DNA from: a virus
Virus record (IMG/VR): IMGVR_UViG_3300033148_004740
Location: 1 to 64,000 of that record
Direction: 5' to 3' (one strand)
DNA length: 64,000 nt
Positions 37,201 through 46,734 of this stretch are shown here, piece after piece. The notes beneath the pieces are model-generated. The model was not told where the DNA came from. It was given only the letters and a program-made list of their open reading frames with translations, and did not search any database. Made by a program: the position numbers and the translations under genes. Numbering within the stretch: position 1 is the stretch's first letter; every line of letters starts with the position of its first letter.

Positions 37201-38016
37201 TTAGGCCTCTTCTGGGTGATACACCTGGAAATAGAGCTTGTACATCTCACGGTGCTCAGAGGCTCCGTCAAACCCGTCTATGTCCTTGTATTTATGCATC
37301 CATTCCTTGACCCGCTCGTCAATGTTTCCTCGGATCAAATAGCTGTCAAACTGATGCCAGGTATGGATACCTAGACTAGCAGAGATGTCTCGGAGGTTGA
37401 TCCACCTCTCATTCTTCTTCCCTAGATTGGGACCACCACCACCACAGAATAGGTTTCGAGCTCCACGGTGCCAGATCACATTCTCCTGCTTGATGTGCTC
37501 ATAGACCAGCTTAGTGTCCATAATCTGGTGAGGATGGTTCTTCAGATGCTCATGTGGATTACCAGCATAAACAGTATCGGCGTAGCGCTTGAAGAGCAGA
37601 CGCTTGTGATACTTATCAAGGTTCTCCCAGACGCGCTCTGGTCCCTTGTAGGAGACTGAGCGACACTGGAACCCAATCATATCCTTCCCACGTCCCTCAG
37701 CTAAATCTACGAGGTCTGAAAGCCTTTTCATAGTCTTCTCTTCGAAGAGCTCATCTGGATCAGAGACCAGGGCCCAGCTGTCAGCCGGGACATGCTTGAG
37801 GTAGTTGTTCCTCTGCTGAGAGAAGTTGTCGTTCCAAGGACGGAGGAAGAACTTGAGCTTTGGCTCTTTTTCCTCCCAGTTTCTCATATAGAAGATAGTA
37901 TCATCTACTGAGCCACCATCTACAATAACTGCCTTGTCTACATAAGGGAGATATCGGCGCAAGCAGCGGACTGTCTCTGACAGTCTATTCTGTGTCATAG
38001 AACAGTAAGTAATCAT
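37201..38016 (-). CDS. Glycosyltransferase family 2
   Basis: IVDGGSVDDT, FSQQRNNYL, WALVSDPDE, RLLF...YAGNPHE. Confidence 0.88.
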   Translation of the reverse strand: MITYCSMTQNRLSETVRCLRRYLPYVDKAVIVDGGSVDDTIFYMRNWEEKEPKLKFFLRPWNDNFSQQRNNYLKHVPADSWALVSDPDELFEEKTMKRLSDLVDLAEGRGKDMIGFQCRSVSYKGPERVWENLDKYHKRLLFKRYADTVYAGNPHEHLKNHPHQIMDTKLVYEHIKQENVIWHRGARNLFCGGGGPNLGKKNERWINLRDISASLGIHTWHQFDSYLIRGNIDERVKEWMHKYKDIDGFDGASEHREMYKLYFQVYHPEEA

Positions 38017-38017
38017 C

Positions 38018-38752
38018 TTATAGCCTTTCTGGTTTTCGTGCCTTTGCTACTACGTATCCCTGTTTCCTCTGACCCTTCCAAAAACAGTCGGGAGGGATAC
38101 GTTTCCCATCAGAGTAGAATAGATCTACTGCATAGAAGCCTGCTTTGATTAGCAGGCCGTAAGCTTGTCCCGGAGTATAGCAAACTAAGTGCTTCTGGTC
38201 GGTGCCATGGGCACAGTGGGAAGAAGCGGCGGGCCATTCAAGTGTGATAAATCCACCTGGCACGAGGAGCCTGAACTGTTCCTTGAGAAGGAGGATAGGT
38301 GCGATTGCATGCTCTAGTATCTGACAGCCTAATACCATGCGGACTGATTCATCAGGGAAGGGGATAGCCTCGCAGCAGCCTTCCTTGATATAGTCTCCAA
38401 GACCAAGGATGTCTCGAGCAAAATGAATATTCAGATTACCAATGGTTATTCCATAAGCTTCTAGCCCATGAGCTCGCGACACTAGCATCTCTCTGCCACT
38501 CCCCGCTCCCAGATGGAGAATTCTGTCTCCCTTTTCAAGATGCTTAATGTACCCATAGACGCGCTTCCATGAAGCAGAGTCATCTACTACCTCTAGGTCC
38601 TGGGTCTTCAGCTGGTTATGGAACTGCTCTCCTAGCGACAGAATCTGTATGGTTCCTAGACCAAAGGGCTCATGTTTCCGCTTCTGAGACTTGAACTTCT
38701 TGAGCTGAGCAAGTCTTTCTTTCTCGGTAATGCTATATGTTCCAGTACTCAT
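38018..38752 (-). CDS. Class I SAM-dependent methyltransferase
   Basis: RILHLGAGSG, IPFPDES, QILEHA, RLLVPGG. Confidence 0.85.
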   Translation of the reverse strand: MSTGTYSITEKERLAQLKKFKSQKRKHEPFGLGTIQILSLGEQFHNQLKTQDLEVVDDSASWKRVYGYIKHLEKGDRILHLGAGSGREMLVSRAHGLEAYGITIGNLNIHFARDILGLGDYIKEGCCEAIPFPDESVRMVLGCQILEHAIAPILLLKEQFRLLVPGGFITLEWPAASSHCAHGTDQKHLVCYTPGQAYGLLIKAGFYAVDLFYSDGKRIPPDCFWKGQRKQGYVVAKARKPERL

Positions 38753-39548
38753 CCGGGACCTCCGTTACCCTTTCATCTTGATAATGGACTATCTTTACAC
38801 TAGGTGAGAGTTTCTTCTTATGGAGAGTATAGAAGTATTGAAGATCCTCAGGAACAGCCCAGTGCTTGTACTGTGACATAGCTAGACTGAGGCTAGTCTG
38901 AGTGAATGACTGGACAAAATCCTCTCCTAGAGATAGGACCTTTTCTGCCATCTCATACCACTTCTCCGGGAAGCCGAGACCTGTCTTGTAGATAACCAGT
39001 CCAGAACAGAAGTAGAAGTTGGCAAGCTTCTTATCTATGTGGGACAGGACCCTCTCTTTAGGAGGGTCGATCCCAGCTACCTCGTACATCTTCTGCCATA
39101 GGTGGTTGTCCTCTGGTCTAGCCCACTTGTGGGTACTCCAGGTCGAGGGAGAGGCACCGACCTCTGCTCCTTCAACGCCTTCGATCAACTGCTCTAGTGC
39201 CCCCTTGTACATGTACATGTCAGTGTCCATCCACATAGCATATGGGGTGGAGACAGATTTTGTTAGAGCGCAGGATAGAATCTTTTGGAAGAGTGGAGGG
39301 TGACTTTTCTCGGGGTAGATTGGCCGTCGCTGACAGCCCAAATCCTTTAGTTGTTTTTCGTGCTCGGGGTAAGGGGGGAAGTCAGACCTGAAGAATGTGA
39401 GGATAGGAAGATCCGCGTGCTCCCCACCATTCATTCTGATTGAACGGACCAGGCGCACAGCTAACTCGCTGTATCTCTTGAACCGATGAGAACCAATCTT
39501 CCCTATCTGGCGTCCGTCACAGGACGTGATGATTGTGAGCTTGTCCAT
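38733..39548 (-). CDS. GT-A glycosyltransferase (GT8-like)
   Basis: FQKI, WMDTDMY (DxD), YFCSGLV, TQTSLS, IVHYQ. Confidence 0.72.
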   Translation of the reverse strand: MDKLTIITSCDGRQIGKIGSHRFKRYSELAVRLVRSIRMNGGEHADLPILTFFRSDFPPYPEHEKQLKDLGCQRRPIYPEKSHPPLFQKILSCALTKSVSTPYAMWMDTDMYMYKGALEQLIEGVEGAEVGASPSTWSTHKWARPEDNHLWQKMYEVAGIDPPKERVLSHIDKKLANFYFCSGLVIYKTGLGFPEKWYEMAEKVLSLGEDFVQSFTQTSLSLAMSQYKHWAVPEDLQYFYTLHKKKLSPSVKIVHYQDERVTEVPDEYWNI

Positions 39549-40153
39549 TACATCACCACCTGGTAGAGATACTCACTAGGCTTCTTGAATTTGATCATCT
39601 TCAAACCAAACTGTTTCATAAAGTACCCCCATCCTGAACGTGTAAAACTATACTTGTCATGCATCTGCTCTTTGAACTCAGGGGCATCAGGAAACGTTAA
39701 TTTGTAGTTGTCTTTTCTAAACGTGTTTTCGCTACACATAAAGTAACCACCTGGTTTGAGTATGCGAACAATCTCTCGAAGCACAACCGCCTTGTCAACA
39801 TGGTTATTGTGCTGAAGAACAGCAGCAGTAAAGACTAGGTCAATACTGTCCTTTGCCAGATGAAGACTGTTCCAAAGAGTCCTTTGGAAACGACAGCGAG
39901 CTGACTCTCCACGTTCTTTTGCTTGCTTTACCATGTCGTCGTTTTGATCAAGACCGAGGTAATCATACTCTTTGAAAAGATCTCTCCAGAGCCCGCTACC
40001 ACAGCCAAAATCAACAACCTTCTCTATCTCCTTAAGGCCACGAACCCACTCTCTAAGCACATAGTCATCATTGAAATTATGTAGCTTAAGATTGTCTTGA
40101 GCCTGTTCGTCCGCATGTCTAGACCAAACATCGATATCACGGCCATCTGCCAT
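39548..40153 (-). CDS. Class I SAM-dependent methyltransferase (paralog of 40744)
   Basis: VVDFGCGSG, LGLDQN, DLVFTAAVLQH, RILKPGG, EN. Confidence 0.9.
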   Translation of the reverse strand: MADGRDIDVWSRHADEQAQDNLKLHNFNDDYVLREWVRGLKEIEKVVDFGCGSGLWRDLFKEYDYLGLDQNDDMVKQAKERGESARCRFQRTLWNSLHLAKDSIDLVFTAAVLQHNNHVDKAVVLREIVRILKPGGYFMCSENTFRKDNYKLTFPDAPEFKEQMHDKYSFTRSGWGYFMKQFGLKMIKFKKPSEYLYQVVM

Positions 40154-40156
40154 ACC

Positions 40157-40744
40157 TTATCCTCCCCATTCAAATAGAGTTTTTCTAAAGTTCCAAAAGT
40201 TCCACGAGGTGTTAAGGGTAAAGAGGTCTCTTATAATGATACCGTTAAGCTTTGCATAGGCAGCTCGATGTTCTTCAGCAGTTTTGAAATGCCCCTCTGC
40301 CACAAAAGAGACTGGGGCCATCTTTATTCCAGCTGATTTCCAGACCGCTAGGCGATGCCTTCCCTCGTTAATCCTATTCAGCTCTCCTTCGACCCTGGGT
40401 CTGTTCTCTCGGATGATCCTGGGTAGCCAATTTTCTGGGCGGAGCATTTGCTCCAAGTGCCTTGAAGATAATCTATCGGACAAGACAGTGAAAGAGGTGG
40501 TTATTGGCGAGAGATATCCCCAGTTCTTAATAGAGTGGACCAGGTTATAGAAGTTCTCTTTACGTGACTTCGTGTTCTTCTTGTCCCCATAAAGAAAAAT
40601 CGCTTGCTTGAGCATACCCTCCTCATCCTCTGCTAGAGCAAGCTCAACAAAGTCCGTTAGACCTTTCATCTTCCCTGGCCAGTCAATGATTACAGAATCG
40701 ATATCGACGAAGCCAAGGTTAACAAACTCTGGGGCATGAAACAT
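40157..40744 (-). CDS. ParB/Srx-fold protein
   Basis: NLVHSIKNWGYLSPI and INEGRHRLAVW (ParB-like GxxR motif). Confidence 0.55.
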   Translation of the reverse strand: MFHAPEFVNLGFVDIDSVIIDWPGKMKGLTDFVELALAEDEEGMLKQAIFLYGDKKNTKSRKENFYNLVHSIKNWGYLSPITTSFTVLSDRLSSRHLEQMLRPENWLPRIIRENRPRVEGELNRINEGRHRLAVWKSAGIKMAPVSFVAEGHFKTAEEHRAAYAKLNGIIIRDLFTLNTSWNFWNFRKTLFEWGG

Positions 40745-41361
40745 TACTCTCTCCTAAACAGGAAGTGTCCGTGACCTGCTTCATGTAAGCAAGTAAAGCC
40801 ATGTCTCTTGAGCTTACTCTTCCAGCCAGCGGCCGTATAGGAACACTTGTTAATAGAGTGAGTCGCACTTAGGTCTGAGTAACCGATGTTGTTATGCTCA
40901 TAGATAGTATTCTCTTTCATGTAGAACAATGCCCCTGGTTTGAGGAGGAACTTAACCCCAGCAAGGATAGCTTCCTGTTGGTCAACATGGTTATATTGAA
41001 GCACATGGAATGTCAGAGCAAGGTCAAAGCTCGATTCCAGATCAGGAAGAGACTTGTCTAGCTCCTGAGCATCAGCGAGGCGTAGGTCTAGATGAGGAAA
41101 GACCTTCTTGCCATTCTCTACCATAACCTTTTCTCTATCTATGCCCACATAGTCAGAGTTAGGGAAGTACTTATGTCTACGACCAATCCCACTTCCAACA
41201 TCAACAACCCTCTTAACGTCCTTGAGGTCTACGTGCTCTAGTAGAGCCAGAGCTCCATCTTCTCCTTCTAGGTCCTTAGTCTTAAGCATCCGTTCCATTC
41301 GGTCGGTACCCCAATAATTAGCTCCGGTTCTTTCTTCCCATCCTAGAATTATTTTCTTCAT
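40744..41361 (-). CDS. Class I SAM-dependent methyltransferase
   Basis: VVDVGSGIG, VGIDRE, DLALTFHVLQY, LLKPG, EN. Start refined to ATG 41361. Confidence 0.9.
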   Translation of the reverse strand: MKKIILGWEERTGANYWGTDRMERMLKTKDLEGEDGALALLEHVDLKDVKRVVDVGSGIGRRHKYFPNSDYVGIDREKVMVENGKKVFPHLDLRLADAQELDKSLPDLESSFDLALTFHVLQYNHVDQQEAILAGVKFLLKPGALFYMKENTIYEHNNIGYSDLSATHSINKCSYTAAGWKSKLKRHGFTCLHEAGHGHFLFRRE

Positions 41362-41363
41362 GC

Positions 41364-42356
41364 CTACTTCCTTCCAATTAGTGCTAACAGTTTCTGGCAA
41401 AACACATCATAGCTATGAAAAGTTTGAACATACTTTTGACCTGTACAAGTAGTATCTTTGTAGAACTTCTCATTAGAGAACAATCTTTTCATTAGCTGTA
41501 CAGCCTCACTGCCTGAGCGATAGGTAGGATAAGCTGGGCAGTTGTCCAACGGTCCCCCTTTTGGACTTAGTATAGGAACACCTGCAGCTAGACTCTCTAG
41601 AGGAGAGCCCCCGAAGGCTCCTAGGACAGGCAGGATTATGCTTAGCTTACTGCTCCGTACATGGTTCATGAACTCGTCCCTCGAGCAGCGTGGCAATATC
41701 TCGATTCGGTCCGCAGGAAAGGCACCAAAGGAGTGGTTCCTAATCTGTTCTGGGACCTTAGGATAGTGCTGCTTTTCATAGCCGGTAAGAACAGTCAACA
41801 TTAGATCCTTATCTGTCCTCATCATTTTTAGAATCTCTGTGGCTATAGGACCCTTGAGATCTTGTCTCCCACTCTGTCCATCCCTGGATGTCCATACAAT
41901 CTTCTTCCTATCGAACCCCATTGGAGGAAGGAACTCTTTGGCCGCTGGGAAAGGAAGGTCACGCATGCGGTTACCAAAATGTTTCTGAAGCCCACCGTGT
42001 CTAATCCCAGATGGATATGGATGAGTTGCTACCCAGTTCATACTAGGAGGGTTAAACTTTGATGGACGTTCCCAGTATGTAAGCACAGAGAGCTTTACCC
42101 TTGGAGGGATAGGCTGGGGAACACCAGGGTTCTCGTATGAAAGAAAGATATGATAGAGCTTGTTAGGATCAATTCCATACACAACTCCATCCAAAGAAAC
42201 CTCTGTATTCTTCCAGGGGCGGTGAGAGGTTGGCTCTATATCGGGATGCAGAGCCATAGCCTCGAGAGCATTCAAGGTGTATCGAGCTTCACCTCGAGCT
42301 CCAGAGTCATATCCCTTAGGTGTCTCACAAAAGAGACGCACCGCTACGTTAATCAT
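41364..42356 (-). CDS. GT-B glycosyltransferase (GT4-like, divergent)
   Basis: C-terminal SSKLSII...FGGSPLESLAAGVPIL matches the GT4 E-x7-E region. Confidence 0.72.
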   Translation of the reverse strand: MINVAVRLFCETPKGYDSGARGEARYTLNALEAMALHPDIEPTSHRPWKNTEVSLDGVVYGIDPNKLYHIFLSYENPGVPQPIPPRVKLSVLTYWERPSKFNPPSMNWVATHPYPSGIRHGGLQKHFGNRMRDLPFPAAKEFLPPMGFDRKKIVWTSRDGQSGRQDLKGPIATEILKMMRTDKDLMLTVLTGYEKQHYPKVPEQIRNHSFGAFPADRIEILPRCSRDEFMNHVRSSKLSIILPVLGAFGGSPLESLAAGVPILSPKGGPLDNCPAYPTYRSGSEAVQLMKRLFSNEKFYKDTTCTGQKYVQTFHSYDVFCQKLLALIGRK

Positions 42357-43009
42357 ATCTTAGTCACCTGAAAGATTATCTGTTCACTGACCCTAGAGAC
42401 TTCCTGAAACTCTATTTGTTCTGTCTTGACGAACTCTTCCCAAGCTCTCTCTTCTCCTCTTCCCCATTCATCAAATGCAATAAAGGTCCCTGCAACAATA
42501 AGACTGCGACACCAACCTAAAACAGTCACAGCAGAAGAGTAGAGATCACTATCAACATGGATAAGAGCTGCCTGGTTGCCAGGAAAACCTAACTTTGTCT
42601 TGAGTTCATCGTTACAGACATCACTATAGAAGCCTGGGACCAGCTCTACATTAGAGAGGCCATCAATAGCTTTTTGGGATATAGCAATTGGGTAAGAGAA
42701 CCAGCCTTTCCTCCACACAGAACCAGGTTTTCCTTTGATTGGCTCATCATGAGGAAGGCCCTGGAAAGAATCAAAGCCATAGAACTTGTTAGGCATCTCC
42801 AGCTCTTCAGCTAGGGCTGTCATATTTGCTAACGTGTAGCCTGAACCAACGCCAAACTCGAGAACTAAGCCAGTCTTTTTCTCTGTTTTTAGACGAAAAA
42901 TAATAGCTAGCAAACCTTTTAATCGAGCTTCTGTAGAAGAGCCGTGAGCCTGTGTCCATCCACGTCTTTCTTTCTGTGCTTGTGCAAGCGTCATTGACTT
43001 GTTCGTCAT
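42353..43009 (-). CDS. TylF/MycF-family sugar O-methyltransferase
   Basis: LEFGVGSG, YGFDSFQGLP, LVPGFY, HVDSDLYSS, FIAFDEW. Confidence 0.88.
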   Translation of the reverse strand: MTNKSMTLAQAQKERRGWTQAHGSSTEARLKGLLAIIFRLKTEKKTGLVLEFGVGSGYTLANMTALAEELEMPNKFYGFDSFQGLPHDEPIKGKPGSVWRKGWFSYPIAISQKAIDGLSNVELVPGFYSDVCNDELKTKLGFPGNQAALIHVDSDLYSSAVTVLGWCRSLIVAGTFIAFDEWGRGEERAWEEFVKTEQIEFQEVSRVSEQIIFQVTKI

Positions 43010-43010
43010 C

Positions 43011-43463
43011 CTATTTCTCCTCAATACCCCACTCATATCCCCAAGGGTTCTCGTGTGGATTTACTCTGTCCTCATCTGGCTTCTCTCTATTGAACACATG
43101 TGAGGAAATATTGACAACTAGAGCAGGCTCCTCAGAGATACACATCCAACCATGCCAGATACCTGGTGGGATAACGATCATCTTGGGAGCCATGGGAGAC
43201 AGGTGATGTTCCTCAACCTCTCCTTCTGTTGCTCCAAAGGCGTTTGCCTCTTGGATAAGGACCAGCTTAATCTGTCCCTGTACACAGACAATGTGATCAG
43301 TCTGTATCTGATGCTGATGGAATCCCTTGACTACATCAGGATAGGTAGCAGAGAGATAGACCTGGCCGAACCGTTGGAAGAAAGGATCATCGGCGCGCAG
43401 CATCTCATAGAGATAACCTCTATCGTCTAGATGTGTTGTCAGTGTCTTGACTGTTGCTATCAT
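43011..43463 (-). CDS. rmlC: dTDP-4-dehydrorhamnose 3,5-epimerase-like cupin
   Basis: DDRGYLYE, VVKGFHQH, QTDHIVCVQG, IPPGIWHG. Confidence 0.8.
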   Translation of the reverse strand: MIATVKTLTTHLDDRGYLYEMLRADDPFFQRFGQVYLSATYPDVVKGFHQHQIQTDHIVCVQGQIKLVLIQEANAFGATEGEVEEHHLSPMAPKMIVIPPGIWHGWMCISEEPALVVNISSHVFNREKPDEDRVNPHENPWGYEWGIEEK

Positions 43464-43839
43464 AAAGTTTCCTTTCTCTTTCGATATATTCCTTGTGTTG
43501 TATCTCTACGAACTCGGTGATCTCATCCCAATCATTCCTGAAAGGAATGGCCTTATCGTCAATATACCATACAGCTACAGGCTTATTCGAATCTGATATC
43601 TCGTCGTATGGGATCTTGCCCTTATCGAGTATATCCTTCATATTTTTCACATGTTTGGCTGAATCCTCAAAAAATTTATCATTGCTACGGCAAGAGAAGA
43701 TAACTATCTTGAACCCTAGCTCCTGAAACCTCGTGAGAGCGTCACGAACTCCAGGCTTAAGGCTTGTTTCCCTAAGCTGTGGGTCATGCTCAACAATGGT
43801 TCCATCAAAGTCTACACAAATTGTTGCCTTAAACGTCAT
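43420..43839 (-). CDS. HAD-superfamily phosphatase (capsule-biosynthesis type)
   Basis: VDFDGTI, FSCRS, KP...YIDDKA. Confidence 0.85.
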   Translation of the reverse strand: MTFKATICVDFDGTIVEHDPQLRETSLKPGVRDALTRFQELGFKIVIFSCRSNDKFFEDSAKHVKNMKDILDKGKIPYDEISDSNKPVAVWYIDDKAIPFRNDWDEITEFVEIQHKEYIERERKLYDSNSQDTDNTSRR

Positions 43840-44764
43840 AGAAGAACTCCCTATCTGCTCTAGTCATGTAGAGCTCCTTGCCTTTTTGGAGAGGAGTCAC
43901 CTTCTCCCCATTGAGTATCTGAGAAATCCAGAGAGGATAGTTAGCCCCAGCTTGTATACTCAGAGGAGCTCCTCCTCCAAACCTATCGTTTATCTCGGTG
44001 AAAAACCAGGGACCACCAAATGGACGAATAGCCTGGATACAGACACAACCAACAAAGTCCATGTTTGGAAGAATAGACTTCTCAAGTAAGCGCATTAGCC
44101 CTTCTGGATAGCAGCTCCTGCCTCTTTGGACTTCTCCGCCTCTTACTTCAAGACGAAGACGAGGAACAATAGAACAGACTTTTTCGTGCTGATCCTTGAA
44201 GCAGTCTATGGTGTACTCATCTCCATCTACAAAGTGAGTAAGAGCGAAAGAGGATACATGTCCCTTGTGATTTGCCAAGAACGCGGCTTTTTCTACATCA
44301 TTCATCAGAAAATGTATCCCTCGTGAGCCATAACCATCTAGTGGTCTGGCTACAACCATCTCTTCGCTCCAAACATCTGGTAACATTCGAGGACTATTAA
44401 CTCCACAGTATGAGAAGAACTTTTCTGTCTGTCTCTTATCTCGAGCATAGTAGTTCAACTGTTTGCTTGTACACAATAGCCTAGTCCTTAGCTCATCAAG
44501 ATGATCAACAAGCAGATCAGTAGCAGGGTCCATCAGAGAGATGATGCCATCAACCTTATGTGCAGTGACTATTCTCTTGATCTCTTTCAAAAACTCTTCC
44601 TGATAAATCCACTCAGGAACACAATAGAAGTGATCTGCTACTGTCTGTGAAGGGACAGATGGTGCACTATCGACACAGATCGCACGTGAGTATTCCTTGA
44701 ATGCCTCTATCAGGCTTACTCGTCTACCACTAGCCACGAACAGAAGATTAGGTCTTGGGCTCAT
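43829..44764 (-). CDS. ATP-grasp ligase (CarB/PylC-like, polysaccharide-cluster type)
   Basis: SGRRVSL, DKRQT, RPLDGYGSRG, DEYTIDCF, PRLRLEVRGGE, TEINDRFGGG. Confidence 0.85.
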   Translation of the reverse strand: MSPRPNLLFVASGRRVSLIEAFKEYSRAICVDSAPSVPSQTVADHFYCVPEWIYQEEFLKEIKRIVTAHKVDGIISLMDPATDLLVDHLDELRTRLLCTSKQLNYYARDKRQTEKFFSYCGVNSPRMLPDVWSEEMVVARPLDGYGSRGIHFLMNDVEKAAFLANHKGHVSSFALTHFVDGDEYTIDCFKDQHEKVCSIVPRLRLEVRGGEVQRGRSCYPEGLMRLLEKSILPNMDFVGCVCIQAIRPFGGPWFFTEINDRFGGGAPLSIQAGANYPLWISQILNGEKVTPLQKGKELYMTRADREFFYDV

Positions 44765-45866
44765 AATACTCCTTTATGGCATCAATAACTTCGAGCTGTT
44801 GTTCAGAGGTAACCTTTGTGAAGAAAGGAAGAGACAGACAATTGTCAGCCATCTTCTTGCTTTGCCAGACCCTTGGTTCAAGTTCGGAATGTGCCCACCA
44901 ACTCTTGTTGTCCATGAGATAGCGAACTGTTGGTTGATAGTAGATTCTTGTTTGAATTCCTCTGCTATCAAGAAACCTCTTAAGACTATTTCTGTTATGA
45001 CAGCAGACTGTATAGTCTTTGTAAGAAGAGCGAACCTCTCCTCGAACTGGAACTGGGACTATAAGATCCTGATCTTTAAATGCTTCATCATAGAGAGCAG
45101 CAGAAGCCTGTCTTTTTCTCATATTTGCCTCGAGGAAGGTGAGGCCATGATAAGCCATGATCGAGTTGATCTCCTGTATACGACCGTTTAGACTCTTGCA
45201 CTCTACGTCGAGCTCACCAAGGCGATGACCATGCATAGCTGCCTTGGTCATCACATTGGCTAAATGATCATCGCCACATGTCAAGAGGCCCCCTTCCCCA
45301 GCAGACAATGGCTTTGTTGTTCCTAGAGAAAAGACTTCAGCAAGGCCATTGCCTCCCAAAGTATCTCCCTTGTACAAAGATCCAAAACCATGAGCTGTAT
45401 CGAAGATAAGGATGACACGATATTTGTATGACAGTTCCTCAAGGGCTTCGATATCTGCCGGCTGCCCAAACATGTGGACAGCAAAGATACAGCCAATTCC
45501 AGGAATAGTCTTCAGGTATTTTTCAACTCTCATAGGATCAAGGAGACCGCGACAATCGACATCAACAGGAACACTCCACATTCCGTTCCAGTCTACCGCC
45601 TGCCACGTAGAGGCAAAAGTAAAATCTGGGATGATTACCTTGTCTTTACCTGTAAGATCTTTAATGTACCCGACCAGGCACATCATGGCATCGGAGCAAC
45701 TAGAGAAAGGGATTGCATGTTTGACTCCGAGATAGTTAGCCGCAGCCGATGCAAATCTCTCTGTGAACTTACCTGGGGCAAGCATCCCTGATTGATAGGC
45801 TTCTCTGAAATCTTTCTCTACTAGCTCATATGGAGGAAGGCTAGGTTTGTAGAAGGGGACCGTCAT
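44748..45866 (-). CDS. DegT/DnrJ/EryC1/StrS PLP-dependent sugar aminotransferase
   Basis: VHMFGQPAD, IFDTAHGFG, FSLGTTKPLSAGEGG (PLP Lys). Confidence 0.93.
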   Translation of the reverse strand: MTVPFYKPSLPPYELVEKDFREAYQSGMLAPGKFTERFASAAANYLGVKHAIPFSSCSDAMMCLVGYIKDLTGKDKVIIPDFTFASTWQAVDWNGMWSVPVDVDCRGLLDPMRVEKYLKTIPGIGCIFAVHMFGQPADIEALEELSYKYRVILIFDTAHGFGSLYKGDTLGGNGLAEVFSLGTTKPLSAGEGGLLTCGDDHLANVMTKAAMHGHRLGELDVECKSLNGRIQEINSIMAYHGLTFLEANMRKRQASAALYDEAFKDQDLIVPVPVRGEVRSSYKDYTVCCHNRNSLKRFLDSRGIQTRIYYQPTVRYLMDNKSWWAHSELEPRVWQSKKMADNCLSLPFFTKVTSEQQLEVIDAIKEYYEPKT

Positions 45867-46734
45867 AGTTCTTCCAATCTAACGGGCATGCTATCCCGTT
45901 GTGTGCATAGTCTCTCTCGTTGATGACGCGAACCTCAAAGACCGCGCCAAGACCATCTACCTCTATAGTATCTACCACTTTCCACTGCTCTCTGTCTATC
46001 AAGTTCAGCGTAAAACTTCCCTGTTCTCGAGCGAGACCCATGCCAACCATGGACTCTCCAACTACCATATACTTGTCTGTAGCAGCTAGCCCTCGAGTCC
46101 AGCGCTGTAGGGGAATCTCTCTACTGATCGCTCCTGCTCCTGCTATCGTGTACTCGAGAAGTCTTGTGTTGTGGGAGTCACAGATGTAGATCAGATCATC
46201 ATTTACCCAAACATTATGGACGTCTCCACCAATCCTCCACTTCTTTTTGACCATGGTCAGATCAGGATCCATGACAATAATGGCACTAAGGTTCTTGGTA
46301 TAGGAAGTAAGGTTGTGGCAGATTAGATAGACCTTATCTAGGTGTTGAGGATCTACCCAGATAGAGTTCACATGGATAGTATCCCCGTCCTTACCCGTCC
46401 AGTTTCTGATGGTACAATCCCCATTCTCCCAGATAGCTACCTCGTCAATACCAGTAGAGGTGATGTACAGTCGCTGGCCTGTGTGAAAGATCTGGTGGAT
46501 CTCGTTATAGGCACCAGGAAGTATCCCTAGATCTTTTCCCTGAGGAGAGAACATGTGAACCATCCCTCCACCACCATAGCGGACACCCACATAGATCTGA
46601 TCATAGTCCCAGGTGATACCATAGAAAGGACCGTCCTCTTCTGCCAAGGGATACAACTTTCTGTCTCTCATCAACAGAAGCTTCTTGTGTGTCCCTATCA
46701 AGAGGTCAGGCCACTTTACTTGGCTGGGTTCCAT
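45841..46734 (-). CDS. Beta-propeller protein (DUF4915/TIGR03032-like)
   Basis: Recurrent blades FYGITW, IHQI, IHVNSI, VHNV, WTRGLA, VFEVR. Confidence 0.6.
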   Translation of the reverse strand: MEPSQVKWPDLLIGTHKKLLLMRDRKLYPLAEEDGPFYGITWDYDQIYVGVRYGGGGMVHMFSPQGKDLGILPGAYNEIHQIFHTGQRLYITSTGIDEVAIWENGDCTIRNWTGKDGDTIHVNSIWVDPQHLDKVYLICHNLTSYTKNLSAIIVMDPDLTMVKKKWRIGGDVHNVWVNDDLIYICDSHNTRLLEYTIAGAGAISREIPLQRWTRGLAATDKYMVVGESMVGMGLAREQGSFTLNLIDREQWKVVDTIEVDGLGAVFEVRVINERDYAHNGIACPLDWKNYDGPLLQT

